Shown here in pieces: positions 21,034 through 42,759 of a stretch of DNA of 64,000 nt. The notes below the pieces were generated by a model. The model saw nothing but the letters and a program-made list of their open reading frames with translations, ran no database searches and had not been told where the DNA came from. The stretch is from Candidatus Dormiibacterota bacterium (GTDB lineage: Bacteria; Chloroflexota; Dormibacteria; Aeolococcales; Aeolococcaceae). The position numbers were made by a program, and so were the translations under genes. Within the stretch, counting starts at the first letter, position 1. The number at the start of each line of letters is the position of its first letter. The stretch covers positions 352,001 through 416,000 of the forward strand of contig CAVPXI010000014.1 of the NCBI GenBank assembly GCA_963709585.1, in the 5' to 3' direction.

Positions 21034-21837
21034 CTAGGCGCCGTCACGAGTGCCGGGGCCTGCTCCGGCGGCGGCGGCAACGATGACGCCGAACTCCTCG
21101 GCACGCAGGCTCACGCCGCCCACGAGCGCGCCATCGATATCCGGTTCGGCGAACAGCGACGCGGCGTTGGCAGCGGTGACGCTGCCGCCGTAGAGCACGC
21201 GCGGCGAACCGTCGAGGAACCTGGCTCGCACGTGCTGTTTGATGTGGGCGATCACCTCCTGCGCCTGCGCCGGGGTCGCGGTGCGACCGGTGCCGATCGC
21301 CCACACGGGTTCGTACGCGATCACCCAGTCGTCAACGGCGGGCAGGCTTTCCAGCTCGGCGAAGACCGCGTCGAGCTGGCGGTCCACGACATCAAACGTG
21401 CGGCCGTCGTCGCGCTCTTCGCCGGTCTCCCCCACCGCCAGGATCACCTCCAGACCGTGCGCGAGCGACGCGATGAACTTCTTGCCAACCTCGTGGTCGC
21501 GCTCGCCGAAGAGATGGCGACGCTCGGAGTGCCCGACGAGCGCGAGGTCGCACCACCCGGCCAGCATCGCGGGCGAGATCTCCCCGGTGAAAGCGCCTGC
21601 GTCCTTCCAGAAGACGTCCTGCGCACCGAGCCGTACGCCGGTCCCCTCGAGGACTGCGTGGACCGCCCACAGATGCGTGAACGGAGGAAGCACGGCAACG
21701 TCGACGCCCGGCGTCGGCGACACCGCAACACACACCGCGCGCGCCAGGGCCACGCCCTCGTCCACGGTCGTGTTCATCTTCCAGTTCCCGGCCACCATCC
21801 GTCGCGACGCCGCGGCCCCCCGGGGTCCTGCCGTCAA
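21034..21837 (-). CDS. tpiA: Triosephosphate isomerase
   Basis: [44 protein letters not shown]. Confidence 0.97.
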   Translation of the reverse strand: MTAGPRGAAASRRMVAGNWKMNTTVDEGVALARAVCVAVSPTPGVDVAVLPPFTHLWAVHAVLEGTGVRLGAQDVFWKDAGAFTGEISPAMLAGWCDLALVGHSERRHLFGERDHEVGKKFIASLAHGLEVILAVGETGEERDDGRTFDVVDRQLDAVFAELESLPAVDDWVIAYEPVWAIGTGRTATPAQAQEVIAHIKQHVRARFLDGSPRVLYGGSVTAANAASLFAEPDIDGALVGGVSLRAEEFGVIVAAAAGAGPGTRDGA

Positions 21838-23041
21838 CGCCGGGCGACCTCGCGGTCACGGAGAGCGGCGACCCCTGGGAGCGTCCTCCCCTCGAGGAAT
21901 TCGAGGGTGGCGCCGCCGCCGGTGCTGATAAAGCCGATCTTGTCAGCAACGCCCGCGTCCTGGACGGCGGCGGCGAGGTCGCCCCCGCCGATCACGGTGG
22001 TCGCCTTGGAGGCCGCCACTGCGCGCGCCACCTCACGTGTGCCCGCGGCGAAAGCCGGAATCTCGTAGATGCCCAGCGGCCCGTTCCAGATGATCGTCCC
22101 GGCACCGGCACAGTCGGCGGCGATGCGCGCCACCGTGTCCGGCCCGGCGTCGACCACCATCCAGCCCTCGGGGATCGCCTTCCAGGCGACGACCTGCGTC
22201 GGTGAGCCGGCGGCGGCTCGCTCCGCGACGACCCCGTCGACCGGGAGACGGAGGTCGGCGCGGCGTCCTTGCGCCGAGTTCGAGAAGACGGCGTGCTGTG
22301 GCCACCTGCTCCTCTTCCACGAGCGAGGTGCCGGTGCTCTCCCCGAGCGCGCGGTAGAACGTGCACGCCATCGCGCCACCGACCCAGAGCACATCGACGC
22401 GATCGAGGAGGTGGTCGAGCACGCCAACCTTGGTCGAGATCTTCGAGCCGCCGACGATGGCCACGACCGGGGTGCGCGGGTTGTCCATGACACCACCGAG
22501 CATCTCGAGCTCGCGAGCCATCAGCCTGCCGGCGACCGCCGGCAGCAGGTGGGCAACGCCCTCAGTGGAGGCGTGGGCGCGGTGGGCTGTCCCGAAGGCG
22601 TCGTTCACGAAAACATCCCCAAACGCGGCGAGCTGCTTCGCGAACTCCGGATCGTTCGCCTCCTCGCCCGGCTCGAAACGGACGTTCTCGAGCATGCCGA
22701 CATCGCCGTCACGCAGCGAGTTCGACCATGCTCCACGCGCTGTCGCCCACGACATCCGAGGCGAGACGGACATCGGCGCCGAGCAGGTCGCTCAGGCGCG
22801 CCGCGATCGGCCCGAGGCGAGCACTGTCGTCGATCCTGCCCTTGGGGCGCCCCAGATGCGCGACCACGATCACCCGCGCGCTTCTGTATCGGAGCGCTTC
22901 GATGGTGGGGATCGCCTCTCGGATTCGGCGATCGTCGCTGATGGCGCCGTCGCGCATCGGCACGTTGAGGTCCTCGCGCAGGAGGACCCGCTTGCCGTGC
23001 ACGTCGATGTCGTCGATGGTTGCCTTCGACACCGATGCCAC
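21834..23041 (-). CDS. pgk: Phosphoglycerate kinase; two apparent frameshifts (near 22720 and 22278)
   Basis: DLNVP, HLGRPKG / [27 protein letters not shown] / [23 protein letters not shown] over three frames, joined by removing single bases at two GAGTTC sites. Confidence 0.95.
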
Positions 23042-23050
23042 CGAGGTCCC

Positions 23051-24076
<1,026 letters not shown>

Positions 24077-24956
24077 TCAGGTGATTCGGCGCCGCTCGGG
24101 GCGCGCTCTCACCCTATCACCGCCCTCACCCGCCGCGGCGATCAGACGGTGGAAGCGGCCGGCCATCGCGGGACGGCTGCAGCCGGCGCGTTCCGCCAGC
24201 TGCGCCAGGTCGTCGTCCGGATGGCGGGCACGAAGCGCCGCCGCCTCCCGCAGCGCCGGCGGCAGCGCGAGCCAGCGCGCGGGATCCGCCTCCAGGACGG
24301 TGATCGAACTCGACCTGGCGGACGCCGGCCACGGCGCTCCTGCGCAGGTTCGCCGTCTCGGCGTTGAGCCGGCGGTTGACCCCGCTGCGGACCTCGCGGA
24401 TCACCCGCCCCGACTCGAAAGTGAGGCGGCCGGCCTGCGCTCCGATGGAGCTCAGCGCCGCCCCTACCGCGGCGCCGGAGCGCACCGTCACGACCCACCT
24501 CCCGCGACGCAGCCGCATCTGCGCGCCGATGCCCAGAGTTGCGAAGTCGGCGACCAACTGGACGGCGGCATCCTCGTCCGCGCAGCCGACTTCGAGATAC
24601 GGCTCTCCATCGGGCCGAACCAGCCGTCCCGCACCCAGAAAGGCCCCCCGGAGGCGGCTCCGCGTGCAGCACGTGCGGGTGGACCGCGTCTGCACCACCT
24701 CGGGTTCGATACCGACCAGGACGTATTGCGTGCGCCGCGCCGCTCCGACCCTCGATACGTGCGCGGTGATCCGCTCGGCATGCAGCGCCTGCATCGCGGC
24801 TCGCACTGCGGCGGGACGCGTGGTGGCGATGGCGCCTGGCGTCGAAGTCACCAGCGCCAGTCCGTCGACGAGAGCGCGCCGGCAGCATGGGAGGAGCGGC
24901 GTGTGTGGGGCAAGCTCCGCGACGACGCGATTCGTGAAGGATTGGGCCGCATCCAT
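24077..24956 (-). CDS. whiA: DNA-binding protein WhiA; apparent frameshift near 24308
   Basis: CC..S.LRGAFL.AG, VNRRLNAETANL.RS; C-terminal HTH (LPPALREAA.LR..HPD..L.QLA) in the shifted frame ending at TGA 24077; position upstream of gap. Confidence 0.88.
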
Positions 24957-24996
24957 GGACGTTGTCAGCCCGGCGGTCCAGAGGGCACCGGAGCGC

Positions 24997-27900
24997 TCAC
25001 GCCGGACGCCTCTCATTCCATCCGGCAACCAGCTCCAGCGCGTGGATCACGCATGCGGGTGCTCCCTTCTGCTCGTAGCAGTCGACGGCGCGCCGGGTTT
25101 CGGCTTCAAACTCGTCGAGCTTCCCGGCGAGATACAGGACCTCCGCCATCGTGAGCGCGGCATCACCTTGCACCAGCGGTGCCTGCGTCGATCTGGCCAG
25201 CTGGTCAGCCTGCTTCGCAAGGCTGAGCGCCGCGCCGCTTTGGCCGCGCCGCGCGAGCAGCTTGGCGCGAAGCTGCAAGCCCATCGTCTGAGTCAGCACA
25301 TCATCAGTGCCGCCGTGCTCGAGGCCAAGCGTCGCCCAGCGCTCCGCCTCCTCAAACCGGCCCAGCGCATACATCGTCTCACCGAGCTGGCACTCCTGGG
25401 TTGAGAGCCAGGCGCGCTCGCCGAGTTGTTCGAGCTGTTCGATGCCCGATAGCGCGACCCGCTCCGCGCCTGCGAAGTCACCCGCGAGGGTTTCGATCCG
25501 CCACCCCGTCTGCATCGAAATCGCGGCCAACGTCACCATTCCTCGTTCACGCACCTGCTCAACCGTGGCATCGAAGAGGGATCGGGCGTCCTCGTACTGC
25601 CCACAGGACGCGAGGATATCCGCCATCCACACGCCGTGCAGGGGTTGATAGATGGGGCTCGCCGCATCCGTCGTCTCCAGCCAGAGCAGCGCTTCAGCGG
25701 CCGGAAGTCGGCCCATTCGCGACCGCTGCCGCCGCCACCCCCTGAGCATTGCGTGCCAACCAGAGCTTCCCCGCATTCGTTGCGTACGTAATCGAGCGCG
25801 TCAGCGACTCCAGCGAGACCTCGAAGCGGCAGCAGTAGTGATCGACAAATCCGGCCGCCAGCTCGAGCATTGCCAGGGAACCATCGTCGCCGCTGCGCTC
25901 GATCTCCGGTCGAGCCTCCGCCACCAACTCCCCGAGAGCGCTGTCATTTCCGGTGGGATCGAGGTTGGTCCGCCATATCGCACCGATCAGCTGTATCTGG
26001 AGCTGGCCGATGCGATCACCGGTTGCGGCAAGCGCATCAGCTGCCGTCTCCGAGCGTGCGACTGCCTCGTTCAGCCTGCCGGACATGGCGAGCCCCTGAA
26101 TGAGCGACTCTTCCAACGCCACGTCGATCGTGTGCACCGGCCGAAGCACTTCGGCCCGCTCCAGAAGGTTCACCGCCGCTGTCGTATCGCCACGGTCGAG
26201 CGCCCGGCGACCCGCGGCCTCGAGGTGGATTGCGGCGGCTCTGCCCAGAGCCCGCGCCTGCTCGTCCGCCGGACCGAGCTCGGTGCGGTAGCGGAACGCT
26301 TGCTCGAGGTGGTAGCCCGCGATCTCGTCGAGCTCCTCGAGATCGCGCCCGCGTTGCTCGAGCCACCCGGCAAAGCTGGCATGCAGCTCGGCTCTGTTCG
26401 CTTTCGGCAGCGAGTCGTATGCGGCGTCGCGAATGAGCAGGTGCCGGAAGGCGAAGGCGTCCTCGCCGGCGAACACCGGTCGGTCGGGGCGCAGGAGATC
26501 CTTGCGCACCAACGTCATAAGCTGTCCCGCCACGTCGGGCGCATCGGGCGCCATGACCTCGACCGCACCGCGATGAAAGGACTGGCCCTCGACCGAACCG
26601 CGCTCCAGCACGCCGCGTTCCTCCGGTCGCAGCTGATCGAACCGAGCCGCCAGCAACGCTTTGATGGTCGGCGGCACGATGACGTCGTGGCTGCTCGACT
26701 CGCGGACCATGGCGACGATCTCCTCCAGGAACAGCGGATTCCCCGCAGCCGTGGTGCGAATCCGTACGCGAAGTTGCGGATCGAAGGAGCCCGCCGGCCG
26801 GCAGCAACTCGTCGATCAATGCCTCGGTTTCGTCGGCGTTGAGCGGCTCCAGGAGCACCGTGGTGGCGTTGAGCTTGCCGCCCCCCCAGCCTGGCCGGCG
26901 ATCGAGGAGCTCGGCCGGCCGAGACAGAGCACGAGGATTGGGGTGCCGCGACTCAGATCCCCGATGTGCTCGATGAGGTCGAAGAGAGTCGGCTCGCCCC
27001 AGTGCACGTCGTCGAAGACGACGACGAGCGGATTGCTGTCCGCAGCGCACTCGAGCAGCTTGCGAACGGCCCACGCGATCTCGGTCGATGATATGGCCGC
27101 GATATGCTCGCCGAGCAGCGTTCGGATCGCCGCCGAGACGTTTCCGTCTCGCTCCATCAACTCGGCGGCTGCCGATCCCTCCGACGCCGCCAGCAACTGT
27201 CTCACGATAGTGATCACCGGCCAGTACGTGATGCCCTCGCCGTACGAGAGACAGCGGCCGCGCAGCACGGTGGCATCGACGCCGCGCAGGAACTCGGCGG
27301 TCAAGCGCGATTTCCCGACGCCCGCGGCGCCGAGGACGGTGAACAGGCTGCACGACCTGCCGTCGATGACGTTGGCGAACGCGTCGCGAAGCATCCGCAG
27401 CGGTGTGCCGCGCCCGACCATCGGGGTCTCGACCCGGGGCGATGTGGCCGAGCGTCGACGCCAATGTGCAGCAGCCTGTACGCGGGCACCGGCTCACTCT
27501 TTCCCTTGAGCTCGAGCGGTGCCAGCGGCTCCACGGTCACCGCGTCGCGCACCAGTCGCCACGTCTCCGGACCGATGACGATCTCCCCCGGCGCAGCAGC
27601 CTGCTCGAGGCGCGCGGCGACGTTGACGGCGTCCCCGGTCGCGAGGCGTTCCTCGGTTCCGGTGACGACCGGACCAGTGTTCACGCCGGTGCGCACCGTG
27701 ACCGTGGTTCCGTAGTCGCGTGCGAGCTCGCTGTTCAAGTCGGCGAGGGCATCACGCAGTCCGACAGCCGCGCGGACGGCGCGCAACGCATCATCCTCGT
27801 GCAGAACGGGCACGCCGAACACCGCCATGACCGCATCGCCGATGAACTTCTCCACGGTCCCGCCATGCTGCTCGATGACCTTTCGCGCGGCGTCGAAGTA

Positions 27901-28094
27901 GCGGCGCATCACCTGGCGGAGGCTCTCCGGGTCCAGCCGCTCCCCCATCGCGGTCGATCCCGTGACGTCGCAGAAGAGCACCGTGACGGTCTTGCGCTGT
28001 GCCCTCGGCGCCTGTGCCGTTGTCAGCGGTGAGCCGCAGCCGTTGCAGAAGCCCGCGTCCGCGGGGTTCTCCCTGCCGCAGTTGGCGCAGGTGT

Positions 28095-28098
<4 letters not shown>
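24997..28098 (-). CDS. Zinc-ribbon + class III adenylate/guanylate cyclase + AAA/STAND ATPase + TPR protein; four apparent frameshifts
   Basis: CxxC..CxxCG, TVLFCDVTGST, EKFIGDAVMAVFG, GDAVNVAARLEQ, GAAGVGKSRL (Walker A), VVFDDVHW, GNPLFL, FRHLLIRDAAY, TPR-like helices. Confidence 0.88.
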
Positions 28099-35884
<7,786 letters not shown>

Positions 35885-35888
<4 letters not shown>

Positions 35889-36760
35889 GCGTGCGCCCCG
35901 GTCGCGGGCGCCGCGCGCCCGGCCGACGCACGATATGCATCGGGGCGCCGATCGGTGTGCAGATGGTTGCGCGGCGTACGACGCCGCGCCTGCTCGACGG
36001 AGTCGAGGTCGACGTCGGCGATGAGCAATTCCTCCTGATCCTTGCTCGCCGGGCCGGACACCGGCCAGCCATCGGCGCCGACGATGATCGACGCGCCGAT
36101 GAATGTCACGCCGCGTTCAACTCCCACCCGATCCGCACAGGCCATGACAACCCCGTTCTGCGCCGCCGTGGCCATCGCCACGTAGTCACCCTGGCAGTAG
36201 CCTCGGTCGTCCCAGACGGTGCGCTTGAACGAGGCCACCCAGTTGGTCGGCACCGCGATGATCTCCGCACCGGCCAGGGCGAGCACTCGGGCGGGCTCGG
36301 GGAACCACAGGTCGAAGCAGATGATCATGCCGACCCGCCCGAACGGGAGGTCGACGATCGGCAAGTCGTCGCCGGGCTCGAACCACGACCGCTCGTCGTA
36401 ATACAGGTGCAGCTTGCGATAGGTGGCCAGACGTCCCGACGCACCGATCAGCACCGCGCTGTTGTGCCTGCAGTCGCCGTCCCGCTCGCTGATGCCGGCC
36501 ACGATGTGACACCCATGCATGGCGCACACCTCGCGCAGCACCCGGACGGTCGGTCCGTCATCGGGATCCTCGGCGGAACGCTGCGCCTCGGCCTCGTCGC
36601 CGAAAACGTACCCGCTCGAAGCCAGCTCTGGAAGCACGATCAGCTGCGCCCCCTGGCTGGCCGCCGACGTCGCCCAGAGCACCGCCTGTGACCGGTTCTG
36701 CTCGAGCTCCCCGACGTGCGGCTCGTACTGGGCGACAGCGATCCGTACCGGCCGGCTCAT
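35885..36760 (-). CDS. Nitrilase/carbon-nitrogen hydrolase family amidase
   Basis: LPEL..SGY, YRKLHL, ICFDLWFPE (E-K-C triad). Confidence 0.92.
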
Positions 36761-36764
36761 ACCC

Positions 36765-37901
36765 TCACGGTAGCGCAGCAGGCGTGGCCGCAGGATGGCG
36801 CGGGATACCCTCGGAGATGCCGCAGAGGATCTCGTGCGGCAACGTGCCGACGAGCTCGCCCACCTCGTCCGCGCCGATGCGAATCCCGGCGTGTGACCCG
36901 ATGAACATCGCGCTGTCTCCAACCACTACACCGTCCACGTCAGACACGTCCACGCCGACCTGATCCATGCTCACGATCCCGACAATTGGGCACCGCCCGC
37001 CGCGAATCCCCAGGTGTCCGCGGTTGGAGAGCGCCCGCGGCAGACCCTGCCCGTATCCGAGCGTGGCGGTGGCGATCCGGCGCGTGGTTTCGGCTCGCCA
37101 CGTCCGTCCGTAACCGACGCTCTCGCCGCGGGCGACGGTCCGCAGCTGTGCGACGCGGCAGAACACATTCATCGCCGGCCGGAGCGACGCCGGACCGGGC
37201 ACCGGTGGGTAACCGTACAACGCGATGCCGGCGCGCACCAGGTCGTGGTGCATCGCGGGATGCGCCAGGATGGCGGCGCTGCCCGACGTGTGCAGCAGTG
37301 CATCCGGCGCGACCGGGCGGAGCGCCTGGACGGCCTCGAGGAAACGGCCGTGCTGGGTGATCGTGAAAGCGGGATCCTCGCCCGCATCCGCGAAGTGGGT
37401 GAACACGCCGGCGACCTCGACGCGGTCCCAGGCCTCGCGCACCGCTGCGATCAGCGTGTCGACGGTCTCGGGAAGCGCGCCGAGCCGGTGCAGGCCGGTG
37501 TCGATCTTGAGGTGGACGCGAGCTCTGTGCCCCTGCGCGGACGCCGCCACCGCCACCGCACGGATTCCCTCGGCGTCGAGCACGCTGACGTCCACGCCCC
37601 CGGCGATCAGGTCCCCGAGCGTCGCCGGCGGACTCCACCCCACCACCAGGATCGGCGCCTCGAACCCGTCCGCGCGCAGTCCGAGTGCCTCCTGCGGCGT
37701 GTAGACGCCGAGCCACTCGGCCCCGCCGTCGAGCGCCGCCCTCGCAGCGATCCGGATGCCGTGCCCGTAGCCGTTCGACTTGACCATGGCCATCACCGTC
37801 GCGGGCCGGACCAGCGCCGCGATCACCTCGGCGTTGCCCGCCAGGGCTGCGACGTCGATCTCAGCCCAGCGGAGGGCGCCGTTCCCTCGCGCCGTGCTCA
37901 C
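36765..37901 (-). CDS. alr: Alanine racemase
   Basis: MVKSNGYGHG, HLKIDTGLHRLG, THFA.A, VRAGIALYG, VGYG, G.VSMDQ. Confidence 0.95.
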   Translation of the reverse strand: MSTARGNGALRWAEIDVAALAGNAEVIAALVRPATVMAMVKSNGYGHGIRIAARAALDGGAEWLGVYTPQEALGLRADGFEAPILVVGWSPPATLGDLIAGGVDVSVLDAEGIRAVAVAASAQGHRARVHLKIDTGLHRLGALPETVDTLIAAVREAWDRVEVAGVFTHFADAGEDPAFTITQHGRFLEAVQALRPVAPDALLHTSGSAAILAHPAMHHDLVRAGIALYGYPPVPGPASLRPAMNVFCRVAQLRTVARGESVGYGRTWRAETTRRIATATLGYGQGLPRALSNRGHLGIRGGRCPIVGIVSMDQVGVDVSDVDGVVVGDSAMFIGSHAGIRIGADEVGELVGTLPHEILCGISEGIPRHPAATPAALP

Positions 37902-40570
37902 GCCCCGACCGGTACGGGCTCCGGCGCGGGCGCCGCGACCTCCCTCGGCGCGACCCGGCGCACCAGACCGAACGGCGTCTGCTCGTCCGACTGCCCCAGC
38001 GGGTTGTCGGCAACCATGGCCAGAACAGACTGGGGGTCGATACCGACCGCGGCGAAGACCTCGGCGGCCATGTCGTTGGCGTCGATGATCGCAACCGCGA
38101 TCCGGCGTCCGGTGCGCCGGCGCACGTCGGCCGCGATGCTGAGCGCCGCACCCGACGGATCGAGTGGCGATTTGGTCGCCCAGGTGTCGTAGGGAGGGAT
38201 GTTGAGCGACGAGGGTCCATCGATGGCGTTGACCCCGTGGCCTGCCACGCGATAGAAGACGCCGCGCATTCCCAGCGGCTTGGTGGCGGCGGCGGCAACC
38301 GCGGCGAGGAGAATCCGCGACGCACCCGCCTCGTCGATGGCCAGTTGCATGGTGGTGGGATGGGCGAGGCCGACCCCGGTGGGCTCGTGGCTCACGTACC
38401 GGGACAGCACGCGGGCCGTCCGGGAGACGGCGATCTCGCCGATCGGGTAAGAACGTCCCTGGCTGATCGCCAGAGCCTTCTCGCTCACCAGCAGGATGTC
38501 TCCGTCCTCGACGTCGATGCCGTCGCCGCGCAGCCGTTCGAGGCTGCCGGCAATCGCCTCGAGGAGATCATCGCCGGGTTTGATCAGCGTCGACCGCAGC
38601 GGGAAGCGCGCCCAGATCCGGCCCCTGTCCTCAAGAAAGAGATGACGCCCCCAATTGAGCCGCGCTCCGTCGAGCAGGGCCTCGCCTCCGGCCAGCTTGC
38701 TCGCGGTCGCGCGATCTCCACGGCGAACGAAGCCGCCCTGGTAGCTGTTCTTGTCGAGCGCTCGCGTCTTGCCGTCGATGTAGACACGGAGCCACACCTC
38801 GGCGTTGACGGCGCGCCAGAAGAACATCAACTCCTCGACCTCGCCGGCGCACGCTCGCCGGAAGTTCTCGGCCACCGCGGCGGCCTTCCAGTACGGTCGC
38901 GCGCGGAACGACGGCGAGCGCATCAGGCTCTGGAGCACCGCGCGCTGGCGGCGGTACCAGCGGAATTCGGGCGTGGTGAAGCCGATCTTCTTGCGGCGTG
39001 CCTCCACCAAAGGGGGGAGGACGCCGTGGAGGGAGCGGCGGACGATGGCCCGCGTCCATCCGTTGTGGATGATCGCGCGCCGGGGCAGCGTGAGGATGTA
39101 ATCCACGAGCTCCTGGTCGAGGAAGGGCAATCGTGCCTCGAGCGAATGCGCCATGGAGGCCCGATCCTCATAACGCAGCAGCGGCGGCAGGCTGTAGGTG
39201 CGGAAGTCCTGGAGCAGGCGGCGCTTGAGATCGTCGGCCACGCGGTCGTCGTCGGGCGGCTTGCGTCCACGCGTGAACGATGGCGACAGCATCCCCGCGA
39301 CATCGACGCGTTGACCGCGCTCACGCAGGCGGCGGCGGACCAGCGGGCTGACGATGTCGCGGAGCAGCCACGCCTCACGAGCGAATTCGCCATAGCGGCG
39401 CTCGCGCAGCAGCTGGCGGAGCAGCACGTATGGATAGTGGTCGTACCCGGCCAGCAACTCGTCGCCCGCCTGGCCGTCGAGCGTGACCGTGACCTGGCGC
39501 CTCGCCAGCCGCATCACCATCCACATGGCGAAGGGTGCCGACGACACCATCGGCTCCTCCATGTGCCAGACCCACGCTTCGAGCTCGCGGATGAAGTCCT
39601 GGTCGGTGGGTTGCACCGCGCTGTTGTCCGCACCGGTCGCCTCGAGGACGCTGTCGATGTAGGTGCTCTCGTCGATGCGGTCGCCTGGGAACACCGCGGA
39701 GAACGTCTTGAGGCGGTCACCGAGCGACTCGGTGTCGCGAACGTGATCGCGCAACTGCTGGGCCATCACCGTGCAGATCGACGACGAATCGAGGCCGCCA
39801 CTCAGGCAGATGCCGACAGGGACGTCAGCGACGAGACGGCGCTGCACTGCGCGTTCGAACACGGCGCGAAACGCCTCGGGGCTCGCGTCGCCATCCTCGG
39901 ACAGCCGCGGAGTCCAGTACACGGTCTCCGAGATGGTGCCTCCTTCGACGACTGCGAACGCTGCCGCGGGCACCTGGCGTATCCCGCGGAAGAACGTGCC
40001 GTCGTTGTGGTCGAAGAGACCGAAGCGAAGGTACTCGTACATCTGCTGCTCGTCGACCTCGCGCGGGAAGGTGTCGTCCTGCAGGATCGCCTTGATCTCG
40101 GAGGCGAACACGACCCGGCCACGGTGGCGCGCGTAGAAGAGCGGCTTGATGCCAAAGTGGTCGCGCGCAAGCACCAGCCTGGCGGTCGGGGCACGCTCAT
40201 CGAGAATCGCGAGCCCCCACATGCCGTTGAAACGGCGGAAGCAGTCGTTGCCCCACTGCGCGTAGGCATGCAACACGACCTCGGTGTCGCAGGTCGTGTT
40301 GAACGTGTGCTCCAGCGCCTCGAGCTCCGCGCGCAGCTCGCGAAAGTTGTAGACCTCACCGTTGTAGACCATCTGCAGCCGGCCCCCGTCCATCGACACC
40401 GGCTGGCTGCCGTGCTCGAGGTCGATGATGCTGAGGCGGCGGAATCCCAGCGATGCGACGGCGTCCTCGAAGTACCCGTCATCGTCCGGACCGCGATGCC
40501 GGAGCGACTCGGTCATCGCCTCGAGCAACGCCCGGTCGGGTGGCCCCCAGAAGCCCGCTATCCCGCACAC
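37898..40570 (-). CDS. asnB: AsnB-like glutamine-dependent amidotransferase fused to a C-terminal CofE-like (F420-0:gamma-glutamyl ligase family) domain
   Basis: N-terminal CGIAG, HRGPD, NGEVYN, LSGGLDSS, GQAGDELLAGY, EARLPFLD; the last ~230 aa contain P.RS.LI..GDD, DILLVSEKALAISQGR, IDG, IIDAND, DNPLGQ.DEQTP. Confidence 0.9.
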   Translation of the reverse strand: MCGIAGFWGPPDRALLEAMTESLRHRGPDDDGYFEDAVASLGFRRLSIIDLEHGSQPVSMDGGRLQMVYNGEVYNFRELRAELEALEHTFNTTCDTEVVLHAYAQWGNDCFRRFNGMWGLAILDERAPTARLVLARDHFGIKPLFYARHRGRVVFASEIKAILQDDTFPREVDEQQMYEYLRFGLFDHNDGTFFRGIRQVPAAAFAVVEGGTISETVYWTPRLSEDGDASPEAFRAVFERAVQRRLVADVPVGICLSGGLDSSSICTVMAQQLRDHVRDTESLGDRLKTFSAVFPGDRIDESTYIDSVLEATGADNSAVQPTDQDFIRELEAWVWHMEEPMVSSAPFAMWMVMRLARRQVTVTLDGQAGDELLAGYDHYPYVLLRQLLRERRYGEFAREAWLLRDIVSPLVRRRLRERGQRVDVAGMLSPSFTRGRKPPDDDRVADDLKRRLLQDFRTYSLPPLLRYEDRASMAHSLEARLPFLDQELVDYILTLPRRAIIHNGWTRAIVRRSLHGVLPPLVEARRKKIGFTTPEFRWYRRQRAVLQSLMRSPSFRARPYWKAAAVAENFRRACAGEVEELMFFWRAVNAEVWLRVYIDGKTRALDKNSYQGGFVRRGDRATASKLAGGEALLDGARLNWGRHLFLEDRGRIWARFPLRSTLIKPGDDLLEAIAGSLERLRGDGIDVEDGDILLVSEKALAISQGRSYPIGEIAVSRTARVLSRYVSHEPTGVGLAHPTTMQLAIDEAGASRILLAAVAAAATKPLGMRGVFYRVAGHGVNAIDGPSSLNIPPYDTWATKSPLDPSGAALSIAADVRRRTGRRIAVAIIDANDMAAEVFAAVGIDPQSVLAMVADNPLGQSDEQTPFGLVRRVAPREVAAPAPEPVPVGA

Positions 40571-40684
40571 GTCAGCGCTTCGCCGGCGTCAGTGGTGGTC
40601 GGTGCATGACCATCGCAACGGTACGACACCGGTCGAGGTCACGGACGCACGCGGCCCTGGGATGGCCAGATGGTCTGCGCGAGG

Positions 40685-42337
<1,653 letters not shown>

Positions 42338-42343
42338 TCCTGC

Positions 42344-42658
42344 CTAGCTCTTCTTGCCGTTCTTCTCGACGACGGCGAGGATGTCCTTCTCCCCGAGGAT
42401 CAGGTACTCGGTGTCGTCGATCTTGACCTCGCTGCCGGCGTACTTCGCGTACATGACGCGGTCGCCAACCTTCACGTCGAGCGCGATGCGAACGCCGGTC
42501 TGCTCGTTGTAGCGACCGTTGCCGACCGCCTCGATGATGCCTTCCTGAGGCTTCTCCTTGGCGGTGTCGGGCAGCACGATCCCGCTCTTGGTCATCTCAT
42601 CGCGTTCGACCGGTTTGACGACGACGCGATCGGCGAGGGGGCGCAGCTTGAGGGACAT
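42344..42658 (-). CDS. groS: Co-chaperonin GroES
   Basis: [34 protein letters not shown]; AGGAGG RBS. Confidence 0.98.
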   Translation of the reverse strand: MSLKLRPLADRVVVKPVERDEMTKSGIVLPDTAKEKPQEGIIEAVGNGRYNEQTGVRIALDVKVGDRVMYAKYAGSEVKIDDTEYLILGEKDILAVVEKNGKKS

Positions 42659-42674
42659 GGGACCTCCTGGGTTC

Positions 42675-42724
42675 TTAGCACTCTGGGTGGGTGACTGCTA
42701 ACACTCTACCTAACCGAGTGCCAG
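42675..42724 (-). promoter_or_regulatory. Two overlapping CIRCE (HrcA) operators with the groES promoter
   Basis: TTAGCACTC-N9-GACTGCTAA (42675-42701) and CTAACACTC-N9-GAGTGCCAG (42698-42724); minus-strand TTGCAT-N18-TAGAGT. Confidence 0.88.
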
Positions 42725-42759
42725 CCATGCAAGCCCGGCGCCCCGGAATCAGGAGATTG

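Noticed and set aside
40572-40613. 13-codon uORF (MVMHRPPLTPAKR) ending 1 nt before the asnB GTG
   Set aside because: It could aid coupling, but short ORFs are expected by chance; there is no attenuator or relevant codon enrichment
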